From positions 1 through 29,115 of IMG/VR virus record IMGVR_UViG_3300025571_000387: a stretch of 29,115 nucleotides of DNA. One strand, given 5' to 3'. The first letter of the stretch is position 1. Every line of letters begins with the position of its first letter. This stretch comes from a virus. Lineage: Duplodnaviria > Caudoviricetes. The position numbers and the translations under genes were made by a program. Positions 16,579-26,900 of the stretch are shown here, in pieces. Below the pieces are notes generated by a model, which was given only the letters and a program-made list of their open reading frames with translations, did not search any database and was not told where the DNA came from.

Positions 16579-19500
16579 ATGGCGGATTACAAAGACAAAG
16601 TCAAAGTATATGGCAAATTTGTTTCCACCCAAGGAGAAGGGGAGTATGTGGTATTTGACAGCCGCAACCCCTTCCTTCCGAAGGGAAAAGAGCAAGGGGT
16701 GCCTGAAGAAGTCAAGCGGGCAGCCCTTGCCTTAAATAAAATCAAAGCGCATTCCATTACGGCAGAGGACCTCCTTCAGCCAAAAGAAAATACGGGTGTG
16801 ATCGAGAGCGGAAAGTCTTCTATGGATATCATTAAAGAATCGCTTGGTATTTGGAGGCGGGTAGACCAAGCAAACTCCTTTAACAACTATGGCCAGGCGG
16901 CGATCCAGCCTTTCATGAATTTAAGACATGGGGATACCATCTATGTCTATGACACGGAGATTCTAGGGACAGCCCCAATGCATCGAAAAGGGGCGAAGAA
17001 CCTTCCTTTCTATGCTGTCACCGAGATCGGTTTGGTTGGAACCAAATTTGAGAAAGGAAGACTTGTTCCTGTAGAAGGGAAACAAGCATCCATCTTTATT
17101 CGCCCTACAGATGAAGCACTGCAGGAACTTCGCACCCTTGTGCAAAAAGTAAAACATGGCCATATCGCATTAACCGACGATGAACGGCGGACACTGGCAG
17201 ACCTTACGCTTTATTCGGATCCCGCCTCCTTTTCTACCAAAACCGTTAATGGTATTACGATTACCACCATTGAAAAGCAAGCAGACCGTACCAAATATCA
17301 CCCATTAAAGGGATCTATTTTAACTTCCAGAGAAAATGTGGCCTTGATGGAGCAAGGATTGAAAAACCTAGAAAAGCGCGGGACACCTATTCACCAAGCG
17401 ATTGCATTTATGGATGCGTTTATCAGCGAAAGAAACGCGAAATTTGCAGGGTACAACACCTTAAGCTTCGACCAGCCTGTTCTGTTGGATATGTTGGAGC
17501 AGGCAGAGAAGATGGTGGCGAAAGACAATCCAAACAGCCATATCAAGAAAGCCATTCGGCGCCAACGAGAATTAATGAGGCAAGGACAAATTGACGCGCT
17601 TCATCTCACACGGGCATTAGAGCGAAGACCTGCAACCAAATACGGATCGAAGATGACACTGGAGCGCATTGCCGAAGTGAGAGGCATTACATTAGAAGCG
17701 CACCATGCTTTGTCTGACGCAACGGCAACGATTGAACAAATCAACTATCTGCTTCAAGACCAAGAAATTGCCAAAGCCCTTGCCAGTGGACAAATGAAGA
17801 AAAGCAATCTCCTTGCCTCCTTCGACACCAGAGAATTGAAGGTAGGAGATTATGTATTCTCTAAGGCAGGTTTAACCACTCAACAAGCAGGGGAATTTGA
17901 CGCGGTCTTCGAAAAAGTCAAAGGCGGATTCCGATCTGCTTACAATATTCCAACCAACCCGCTTTATCGAAATACAATGTATCGCATTGAACAATTTTAT
18001 GAAGGAATTGAAATCAAGGGTAAGAAGCATTATGGTGTTCTTCTTCATAACGTTGATGATGGCTTGTGGCACTTTATCGCCAGAGAGCGGTTAGAAGACT
18101 TGCAAAATGTTCTTCATCGAACACTGACTCCAGTAGACCATGCATTGTCGATGTTGGATCAAAACAAACATCCCGTCTCTGGAGCGAGAGAATTTGTGAA
18201 TCGAGACCGTGCGTTGCGTCGATGGAGAAAAATGTTCTCTAGCACGGAACCAGGCGGCGGCTACACACTAGCCAAGCGAGTATTTGATACGCTGGATGTC
18301 ATCCGTGAAAAAGAGAAGGAATTAAAGAACTCTCCTCTTTCCGCAAAAGAAAGACAATTGGAGATTGAGAAAGCCGCGTTAGCAGTCAACCAATATAACA
18401 CGAAAGAGTTCGTTCGCGATCTTTACACCATGCGAAATCGCTTAGAAGCGGAAGAGCCATGGATTCGGGAATTTATGAACCGCTTGGAATCCGCAAAATT
18501 GACCGACGCAGGAAAGAATGTGGCGATGGAGCATTTTGGCAAGATCTTGAACGAGCGGTTTGGAGTTAACGAAACCAACGTTCGATTACCAAGAGGAATC
18601 CAAGCCTTAAAGGTGAACGTTGCCGATAAAGAGTCTTACATCACACTGACGGACCCGAATACCATCAAAGGACAGCTTTATGGCGTGCTTCGCCACGGTC
18701 ATGTTCAAACACCGCATCCTACGGTGATGAGAACGAGATTAAAACAATTGATTAATGAACTTCAAGCCTTAAATCCTGGCAAGCACAAAGAATATGAGCG
18801 CTACCTGGAAATGATGAATCAAATGGATATCAGCGAATCGCTCGACAATCTCTTAACGGAAATTGCTAACGATATTGCCGCAGCAAGAGAGCGCAACGAG
18901 CTTCGCGGTCTCTCCACGATTCGCACCGAAGATCCAACCAATGTTATTAAAGGAAAACGCGGTCGTTACAAAAAGATGAAAGAAGCCTGGAGAACGGGAG
19001 AGTTTGAAATCCTCTTCCAACAAGCATTGGATCGAGGGCTTGCGCATCGAACAGGGTTTTCTCGAAATGAATCCATCCGACTCCTTGGCGGGTCTGTAGA
19101 AGAATTATTTAAGCAACATCAGCAAGCGGTTTCGGAAGCACTGCTGAAAGCGGGAATCCCTCTAGAAGGAAAGATTGATACAAGAAGAATGCGAGATCCT
19201 GCTTCCTCGATTGACCAACTTGTCAAAGCCTATAAACGAATCGGCATGGATTCTAAATTGATTTACGATGCAAAATCGAAGTCCTTGTACCTGGCTTTGG
19301 CTTCTTCAGAGATTTCCAACCGTGTCTTAAATGGCACATTGGCAGAACTGCAAAAGAACAATGAAGTATCTGTTATTCGTCTTCCTAAAATCAATGCAGA
19401 TGGAACCATCACGCTAGGAACGCAAAACCGCGTATCCATCTTAGACGTCAAACGTGTTGGCCATCATCAGTATGAAATGGTGACAGGGTTTGAGCGCGTC

Positions 19501-22500
19501 ATTGACATGTTAATTAGCCGTGCTTCCACCGTGAAGAAAATGGTCGATGTGAATCAAAAGCGCGGACAAAAGACCACTTTCATCGATTTAGAAAAGTATC
19601 TCAATAGCGAAGTGCGTACAACCATTCAAAACCTGGCAATGAACCAACGTGTTGGCAATATGTCCGATGTGGATAAGATGTTTGAAGCTAGTTCTCGTGC
19701 AGCCAATTGGGTGCGAAGCGGATTCATCAATACAGCAGAATTTGCAGAGGACTGGTACCGAGAATACTATGCTACCTTGAGTCCTCAGCGACGCAAGTTC
19801 TTGAAGCTTCGTGACCCTGATAAAATAGCCGAGTATGCGAGAGAAGCGCGCCTTCCATTTGCAGAGGCAATGGGAATGTATGCGAAAAACGTCTTCCAAC
19901 GCCAAGTCGATGACTGGTTGGAAAAACGATTTGGCATTCGAACCGATCTGCATTCGGTGAAAGACACTCACGCAGCAAACTTAATGCGTTCCACTGTAGA
20001 TACCCGTGAACTGATTGGATTTGGTTTCTTTAACCAAATGGCGCGGGAAAATATCATGAAATCCGTCAACTACAAAGCATTGAATGAAGACATTGTCCGC
20101 ATGCGTCTCAAGTTGGCGGGTTGGGGCGATCAAGAAATTGAAATGGCGCTTCATCGAGAGGTGGTCACGGATAAAGCCAAACAAGTATTTGGCGATGAGC
20201 TCGCGTACCTCAACTTACGAAGCGCTTATATGGGAGATTGGCAATTAAAAGAGCGCGCAAGAATCGCCATAGAAACCGTGAAAAACGACAGACAGCGTTG
20301 GACAGAAAAGCAAAAAACCTACTTGCTTCGTCATCTCCAGAACGTGGAACGCCTCACCACTTATGACGGAATGATGCTCATGGCAGAAGATGTTGCTCAG
20401 GCGTTTGAAGCGAACTTTGAGAAAAAGATTAAGCTTCAGCAAAACGCAGAGCTCGATAGCCGCATCATTCAGCTAATGAAAGACTATGTAGAGCAGCGAG
20501 GCGGCCAATTTGACATCACGCAAAGCATGGTCTTTGAAGAAGGAATTGACCTGTCTAAAGAATTTAAAGATGGCAAAATCACGGTAAGCCGACTAGTTAC
20601 CGAAGGTGCGAAGAATGGACAGCCATTAGATGTGTATGACCACTGGAATAAAGATGTTAAAATCATCGGATGGAACGCGGAAGAGCGCACCTTGATTCTC
20701 AATCAACGGGTTCCTGCGATGGATTCCATGAAGGTGATTACGGATGGAGGAGGACGTCATACGGCGACCATTCTTCCAAAAGAAGTCATTGAATTGCTCG
20801 CAGGACAGGAAGGAATTCACGCCATTCTTCCAGAATTCGAGAAAAAGAAAAAGCAATTTGGAACCGAGTTAAACAAATGGTTGGCATTAGCGGCCAACGA
20901 AGCAAAGCGGCAAATCGTTTCCAATAAAATGATCACCGCAGGTTCCGTCCTTCAAGATCAATTGGTCAATGACACCTTAGAGAAAATTGCTGAGCATGTG
21001 CGTGGCCACCTCAACTTAAGCACTGAAGAAGTTCGAGTGGAAAACGGACAAATTGTCCTCTCTTCCCAATTAGGAAGACAGGGCATGAAGATTGAAGGCC
21101 AGAAAATCAAAGATATGATGAAGGCCATTCAGCGCGATGTATTTGATGCAAACCCTGATTTCCGAGGAAAAGTCGACTTGCTCGGTCAAAAAGGAATTGC
21201 TTATGGACAGGTGGGAATCGGAATCCAAAACATCCACACTTGGGAAAACAGCATCGGATTTGTGGAAGGACACCGTTTCGGATTGGTTCGTTATGGCCGA
21301 AAAGAAATCGATATGGTGACAGAACGGGCCAATCAAATTCTTGAGGGAAAATCTGCTGTAGTTAATTGGCTGCGCTCTCACGTAGAAGCGGTATCCGATG
21401 CCCAAAATCGGGACGCAGAGAAGATTCGTCGAAATTTAATCAAAGTGAATATCTCCTATCGCGATGTTGTCGATGAAGGAGATGTCATCATCCGCACTCG
21501 CGGCGCCGATTTTGAAACCGATGCTTATGGAAGACCAAAAACAAAAATTGTCAATGGCCATTACGAAGTCCCGATGCATATGATTATGGATCTTCCGCAA
21601 GTGACGCAAAAGGGACAGGTGTTAACAGCGGGAGAATACGCGAAAACCATTGTGGACTTTGGCCGTGCAGGAGATGAAGTATTCCGCGAGCAAGTAGCGA
21701 AAAAGGGAACCGTCCTTTTCGAGCTGCCAGATGACACCTTTTCTCGCCGCTATGTCCGATTCATGGATTTTGGCGATATCCAAGACCGTACGATTGCCGA
21801 AGCGGTCAACTTAAAAGAAGTAGAGAAACATCAGCGCCAAATCTGGAGATTATCGAAAGAGTATATGGATTTAGGCAAAAACGATGAGTTTACTCCAGAG
21901 GAAATCGAAGAGCGCCAGCGAGAGCTTCGGGATCGCATCGAGGCAGAAATTAGCGCCTATGACGAAAAGATTAATCATATGGTCACCTCCGCGCGAGACG
22001 GATCCATTACCAAAACCTATGGAAGCGCCATGATGGACATGTCAGGACGATTCCGCATCCAGGGGGTTAACCCATTTGCCAACTACGAACGTCAGGCGGA
22101 TGGAACCTGGAAACAAGTTGGAAAATACAAAGAAGGACATGTTTACATCGGAAGAAAACGCTTCTTGGAAATGATTGAAGGGCAAGAGCGGAAAATTGCA
22201 GCAGACATTTTTGGCATGGATGCAAAGCAGTTGAAGAAAATGTCCATCGAACAAGTGCGGGAAGCGATTGTGCAACAAATGCTTGACCCTGACAACAAGA
22301 AGGGTTTATATGGATTTGTAAATCGTTATCCAACGATTAACCAGTCCACTATACAAGCAATGAGAATTATGATTGATGATACGCTTCCTAATGATTTCCG
22401 AGGAGCGATGCTAACCGTCGGAACAGCACAACGACTCAAAGCAGACTATGACGGAGACTTCTTGTCGATTGTCTTGGCTCATTACTCTTCTGATAATGCA

Positions 22501-23919
22501 AAGGCCATTCATGGCGAGTTGCAAAGAATGGCACAGGCGGAAGCTGTTGACTCCACTAGAGAAGCTCAAAAAACATTGACTGATCTATACAAAGAAGCGG
22601 AGCGGCAGCTTCAAGGAAAAGGACTTACGGTACAGGAACTTTCCCATCAAGAGGTCTTTGAGACCGCAACGAGTATATGGGAGAACATACGATCCCGAGA
22701 AGCTCGTTTAGGAAAACAACTCATTGGTATTGTCGACAACACGCGGGATAAAGTGTGGAACCTCGCGCAAATCACCTACGAAACGCTTGCCAATGAGGGA
22801 CGATTAGAAAGACGCCAAGCGCAAGCTCGCTTCAACTATATTGAAAACTTTATGCGGGAGTTTTCACAGGATCTCATTTCCTCAAAGAAATTTGATCCTG
22901 ATCAAATTCGACAAGAGCTAGCGCAAACCTATTCGGGCGAGGAATTGGATAAAAAGGTAAGAGAAGCGCTAGACCGTCGTTGGGAACTGGTTTATCAAAT
23001 GAACGAAGCGATCTTGGATCCAGATCGCATCTTTAAGGATGAATCAGGGCGCCAGCGCACCAGTATGGAAGTCTTCTTAGAAAACAACCGCGTCATTCAA
23101 TTATTCTCAGATGAAGAAGCAAAACGCGGCTTTAGAGAAGTCCAATTCATTCACCGACTGAACGAAGCTTATGGAGGATTCCGAAATGAATCCTTGCAAA
23201 TCGGTGTGTCAGAAGGGCTTTCTCTTGAACAAGGGCGGAAATTGTTAGAAGGAAAAGGTATAGGCTTTTACGGCACCACCGCCATGAGAAACCTGGCTCG
23301 TGATGCAGAACCCGAAGTAAGAAAACGATTGGAAGCGTCGTTTGAACAGCATACAGCTTCTATTTTAGAAGCCTATGACCGAATGCATGAATCGAGTTAT
23401 TTAGCGGAAGCAACCATTACTTCGGAAGCCACTGACAGTATCCTCACCAGAGGAAAAACCATGGCAGAAGAAGCAGGGGAAAAATTTGGCCAGCTTGTTG
23501 AGCGATTCACCTCTCAACTTCCATCGGGATTAAGAAGCTTTGGAGGAATACGAGCAGGAGCGGCCCTGTTTGGCGGGTTATGGGCGATGAGCGCCATGAT
23601 GCGCAGTGGTCCAACTCCTGAAGCTTTGCAAGAACAAACCACTTCTCCAGCTCCTCCTCCACCAGCTATGAGTCAAGCTCCAACAGCGCGCATCACGAAG
23701 AACCCGCAAGGGGAATATATTAACATTCAAATCAAAGCCAAAGACGCCAACAACATGTCTCAGGATGAAATCGCGGCACTCGTGCAACAAGAGTTGGCTT
23801 CGATGACGGCTGTGAATATGAACATGAACCTTAATGTAAGCGACAATACGCAAAACATTGATCCTCAATGGATTCAAGGCGTGGTCGCCAACGCCATTTC
23901 GAAAGGATTCGCCTTCTAG
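16579..23919 (+). CDS. Putative virion-associated single-chain two-barrel RNA polymerase with N-terminal DEDDh exonuclease domain, 2446 aa
   Basis: Exonuclease motifs YDTE (D125/E127), GYN..SFD (D298), HHALSD (H375/D380). RNAP motifs TYDGMML, KVITDGGGRH, RYGRKEI, DMSGRFRI, NRYPT (R1916), ADYDGD (D1956/D1958/D1960). Confidence 0.8.
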   Translation: MADYKDKVKVYGKFVSTQGEGEYVVFDSRNPFLPKGKEQGVPEEVKRAALALNKIKAHSITAEDLLQPKENTGVIESGKSSMDIIKESLGIWRRVDQANSFNNYGQAAIQPFMNLRHGDTIYVYDTEILGTAPMHRKGAKNLPFYAVTEIGLVGTKFEKGRLVPVEGKQASIFIRPTDEALQELRTLVQKVKHGHIALTDDERRTLADLTLYSDPASFSTKTVNGITITTIEKQADRTKYHPLKGSILTSRENVALMEQGLKNLEKRGTPIHQAIAFMDAFISERNAKFAGYNTLSFDQPVLLDMLEQAEKMVAKDNPNSHIKKAIRRQRELMRQGQIDALHLTRALERRPATKYGSKMTLERIAEVRGITLEAHHALSDATATIEQINYLLQDQEIAKALASGQMKKSNLLASFDTRELKVGDYVFSKAGLTTQQAGEFDAVFEKVKGGFRSAYNIPTNPLYRNTMYRIEQFYEGIEIKGKKHYGVLLHNVDDGLWHFIARERLEDLQNVLHRTLTPVDHALSMLDQNKHPVSGAREFVNRDRALRRWRKMFSSTEPGGGYTLAKRVFDTLDVIREKEKELKNSPLSAKERQLEIEKAALAVNQYNTKEFVRDLYTMRNRLEAEEPWIREFMNRLESAKLTDAGKNVAMEHFGKILNERFGVNETNVRLPRGIQALKVNVADKESYITLTDPNTIKGQLYGVLRHGHVQTPHPTVMRTRLKQLINELQALNPGKHKEYERYLEMMNQMDISESLDNLLTEIANDIAAARERNELRGLSTIRTEDPTNVIKGKRGRYKKMKEAWRTGEFEILFQQALDRGLAHRTGFSRNESIRLLGGSVEELFKQHQQAVSEALLKAGIPLEGKIDTRRMRDPASSIDQLVKAYKRIGMDSKLIYDAKSKSLYLALASSEISNRVLNGTLAELQKNNEVSVIRLPKINADGTITLGTQNRVSILDVKRVGHHQYEMVTGFERVIDMLISRASTVKKMVDVNQKRGQKTTFIDLEKYLNSEVRTTIQNLAMNQRVGNMSDVDKMFEASSRAANWVRSGFINTAEFAEDWYREYYATLSPQRRKFLKLRDPDKIAEYAREARLPFAEAMGMYAKNVFQRQVDDWLEKRFGIRTDLHSVKDTHAANLMRSTVDTRELIGFGFFNQMARENIMKSVNYKALNEDIVRMRLKLAGWGDQEIEMALHREVVTDKAKQVFGDELAYLNLRSAYMGDWQLKERARIAIETVKNDRQRWTEKQKTYLLRHLQNVERLTTYDGMMLMAEDVAQAFEANFEKKIKLQQNAELDSRIIQLMKDYVEQRGGQFDITQSMVFEEGIDLSKEFKDGKITVSRLVTEGAKNGQPLDVYDHWNKDVKIIGWNAEERTLILNQRVPAMDSMKVITDGGGRHTATILPKEVIELLAGQEGIHAILPEFEKKKKQFGTELNKWLALAANEAKRQIVSNKMITAGSVLQDQLVNDTLEKIAEHVRGHLNLSTEEVRVENGQIVLSSQLGRQGMKIEGQKIKDMMKAIQRDVFDANPDFRGKVDLLGQKGIAYGQVGIGIQNIHTWENSIGFVEGHRFGLVRYGRKEIDMVTERANQILEGKSAVVNWLRSHVEAVSDAQNRDAEKIRRNLIKVNISYRDVVDEGDVIIRTRGADFETDAYGRPKTKIVNGHYEVPMHMIMDLPQVTQKGQVLTAGEYAKTIVDFGRAGDEVFREQVAKKGTVLFELPDDTFSRRYVRFMDFGDIQDRTIAEAVNLKEVEKHQRQIWRLSKEYMDLGKNDEFTPEEIEERQRELRDRIEAEISAYDEKINHMVTSARDGSITKTYGSAMMDMSGRFRIQGVNPFANYERQADGTWKQVGKYKEGHVYIGRKRFLEMIEGQERKIAADIFGMDAKQLKKMSIEQVREAIVQQMLDPDNKKGLYGFVNRYPTINQSTIQAMRIMIDDTLPNDFRGAMLTVGTAQRLKADYDGDFLSIVLAHYSSDNAKAIHGELQRMAQAEAVDSTREAQKTLTDLYKEAERQLQGKGLTVQELSHQEVFETATSIWENIRSREARLGKQLIGIVDNTRDKVWNLAQITYETLANEGRLERRQAQARFNYIENFMREFSQDLISSKKFDPDQIRQELAQTYSGEELDKKVREALDRRWELVYQMNEAILDPDRIFKDESGRQRTSMEVFLENNRVIQLFSDEEAKRGFREVQFIHRLNEAYGGFRNESLQIGVSEGLSLEQGRKLLEGKGIGFYGTTAMRNLARDAEPEVRKRLEASFEQHTASILEAYDRMHESSYLAEATITSEATDSILTRGKTMAEEAGEKFGQLVERFTSQLPSGLRSFGGIRAGAALFGGLWAMSAMMRSGPTPEALQEQTTSPAPPPPAMSQAPTARITKNPQGEYINIQIKAKDANNMSQDEIAALVQQELASMTAVNMNMNLNVSDNTQNIDPQWIQGVVANAISKGFAF

Positions 23920-23933
23920 AAAGGAGTGGTTGT

Positions 23934-26900
23934 ATGCAGACTTTCATGACTCATATGGTTTCTTGGCTGAAACCTTCTGCGAAAGAAGCGTGGAAGCTAT
24001 CCTTTTTCCATCCTTCTCAACAAAAAGTTGTCATGGTGTCTGTAGGAAATCGTGGAGTAGTAGTAGGGCCTCGGTTAGCTGAGGTCCTCTCTTCCATTGA
24101 AAAACGTATTCCTCATTATCCATATGAGTTGCATTGGCAAGATGTGAAAGCAGAGCCGCACAATGAGTATCAGGTGCAATGGGTAGGAGATACCGCTTCC
24201 TACATTGAAATGTCTTTCTCTACCTATCGCCATTATCATCGTTATCCTCATGAATTTGGCATTGTACAGTCCAGTGGTATTCGAGAAGTGATCAGTTTTG
24301 AAACTTCCCCTTCCGATACTTCTGGCGACACCCTTCGTTCCAAGGATTATCTCATAGTAGGAGAATTTGTCCAAGTAAAAGACGGAGATACTTTGGAAAT
24401 CAGAGTTGTACAAGCAGGGATCAAAGCTAGCCAGGATATCCGCATTACATCTGGGAACATTATTCCGATTCGATTGGTAGGCATTCAAATACCAGAAGCA
24501 AAAGAGAGCGGCGAAGGAATAGGAAATCAAAAGAATTTCAACTATGCTGCGGAATTTTACATTCCTCTTGAGGAAACTTATCAAATAGGAAAAGAAGTCA
24601 AAGAGTTTATCCAAGATCGCCTTACTGCAGGGAATTCCTTGGTGATTGTGGATGTAGATGGTGACGAACAAGGACATCCTGTTGCCGATGCCTATGGACG
24701 ATTCCTTGGTGTTGTATACAAAGCTCGCATCGCTCATGCAGGAGAAGTATTTGATAAGGAAGAAATAGGGTATGCAGTCAGCCTCAACAAAACCCTCTTG
24801 ACCTCTAAGTCCAAACAACATGCTCATGTTCCTCTTGCTATTCCATATATTCCATCCACAAACGAGCAGGGATATCGACGATTTGATGTACTTAGTTGGC
24901 TTCGGGAATTGGGATTAGCGGCGCCTTCTACTCCTACGCCAACCGCTAATAATAATGTGCAGGCTAGTTCTCTTACCTTCTCCATATCTGCTAATGAAGT
25001 GGAAAGCGGAGGTTCTAGCCATACAGGAAATGTCGGAGATGTCTTCAAAGCGCCGAAAGGTGATGCTCCGAATCCTTCCAACAAAGAAATCAATGCAGAT
25101 CCTGTAGAGATCATATATGGGGATCCTCCAAGCAACCGTATTGATTTTCTAGTCCCATATGATGACCGATTGGAACAGCGAGTCAAAGACCCTCTCAGCA
25201 AATATCGGGTTCGCATTGGAGATGTGGATCTCGTCATTCCTCCTCTGTCTATCCAAGTGAATCGCACTTCCAATATGCAAAAAATCAAGACATTGCGGAG
25301 CAAATCCTCGATTATTTTCAAAGTTGGCTCCAGCATGACCACGCTTACCTTGGAACTCTATTTCCATGATTTAGATTCCATTAACGGATATCCTGTCGAA
25401 CGCCCAACCAAAGATGGATATTATTACATGGACGGATTGCGCCCGCTCATTGCGCAATTTAAAAAAGCGCCGTTTCTTCCGATTGATAACGAATTCATTA
25501 ATGAAACATTAGGCATTCACAATGTGGCGCTTGTCGATTTAAGTGTTCGCACGGTTCCAGGGTTCCCTCATTGCTTGGCGGCCACCCTGACGCTGGCCAA
25601 ATTCGAGATTCAAGCGTATATGCCTCAAGTCACTTACTTAGGCAGTGTCATAAACTACCCGCTTTTCCGTTGGTATTATCAAGAGCCAATGAACGATAAA
25701 CATTTAAACAATAAGAAACGGTCTCCATATCGGACATGGCTGTATCCAATTAAAAGTCCAATTGACAACACGTTGACCTTCCAAATTGCAGATGAGGAAT
25801 CATTGCAAGAACGAGTGCAAGCCATCAAACAGATTCGCACCAATGATCCTCCTACGGTCTTCCGAGAAAAACTAGAGGGAGCTGAAACGGAATTAGGACG
25901 TCTCATTAAAGATGGACAAAACGCGCAGATTGCGAAAAAGCAATGGCAGCGATGGAAAGATGGACAAGAAGACTATATCGTCGGTGAAGAAAATACTCGG
26001 TTCTATCCTCCAAAAGCAGTAGAGGGGATTCGGATACAATTTAATAATCAGGTGGGCGGACCTGGCGGCCCAAATATTTTTGAATATGCCCCTGTTGATA
26101 TTCTCGATGAGAAATGGGATAAAGGGTATTTCTGTATTAATCTTTATACCAGTGTCAACCTCAACGAAATCCCTGCATCCTATCGTGGAGGAGAAGGAAA
26201 ATTCCGAGGGGAAATTCCGTACATCACCGTGTTTATTCCAGTTAGCGAAGCCTATCGCTTGGATCCGATTATCGAAAGAGGGTATAAAGCTCAAGAAGCC
26301 GCAGAGGATTATATTAAAGAGTATCAAAGGTTATCCGCCATTGTGGAAGCGGCAGAAGGTCATGTTCGTTTGGTGAATTACGACATTAAAGGTCAATATG
26401 TCGTGACCAGCATCAATGTGATGTACCAAAATGAATTCAGTATGGCGCAGGTGCAATTAACCGATTCTCCTGCTTTGCAATACCTCGGCATTCAAGATCC
26501 GTACATCCAAATCGTGATAGAGGCAGACCAAGACGCGGTGGAAAGCATTCGAGAAATGCTGGAAATCACCGAACGATACTCTCGAGAATATCGCATCGGT
26601 ATTACTTCAGGATTCCTCGGTGTCAGAAACCCGTTGATTCAATTGTTTGGCGTAGAAACCGTCATTCCTGAAGTTGTCAATATTCACACGGTACCAGGAT
26701 ACCCAGGAAGATTCCAAATCGAAATGACCTTATGCGGCTTCAATAAAACACAGAAACGTACCGAGAAGCTAGAAGGCATTTCTCCCATCTACGGCGTTCC
26801 TGACATGAAGGATATTCACGCAAGCGAGTTTAACCCTGCCTCTCAAGAAGCTGTCATTGAACGAAAAATGATGAATTTAGAAGCTTATCCAGATTTAGAA

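Noticed and set aside
10909-23877. Numerous short alternative-frame and antisense ORFs nested in the giant genes
   Set aside because: Expected by chance in long coding regions. No motif support was seen.
16579-23919. DNA polymerase III alpha/PolC call based on the DEDDh domain
   Set aside because: No PHP or PolC polymerase motifs were seen. The downstream motifs are two-barrel RNAP type (NRxP, DxDGD).
24075-25342. Two minus-strand ORFs (250 and 172 aa) with an ATGA-type overlap, looking like a small antisense operon
   Set aside because: They are shadows of the uninterrupted + strand ORF from 23934, which carries clear SNase and structural motifs. Their translations have no recognisable features.
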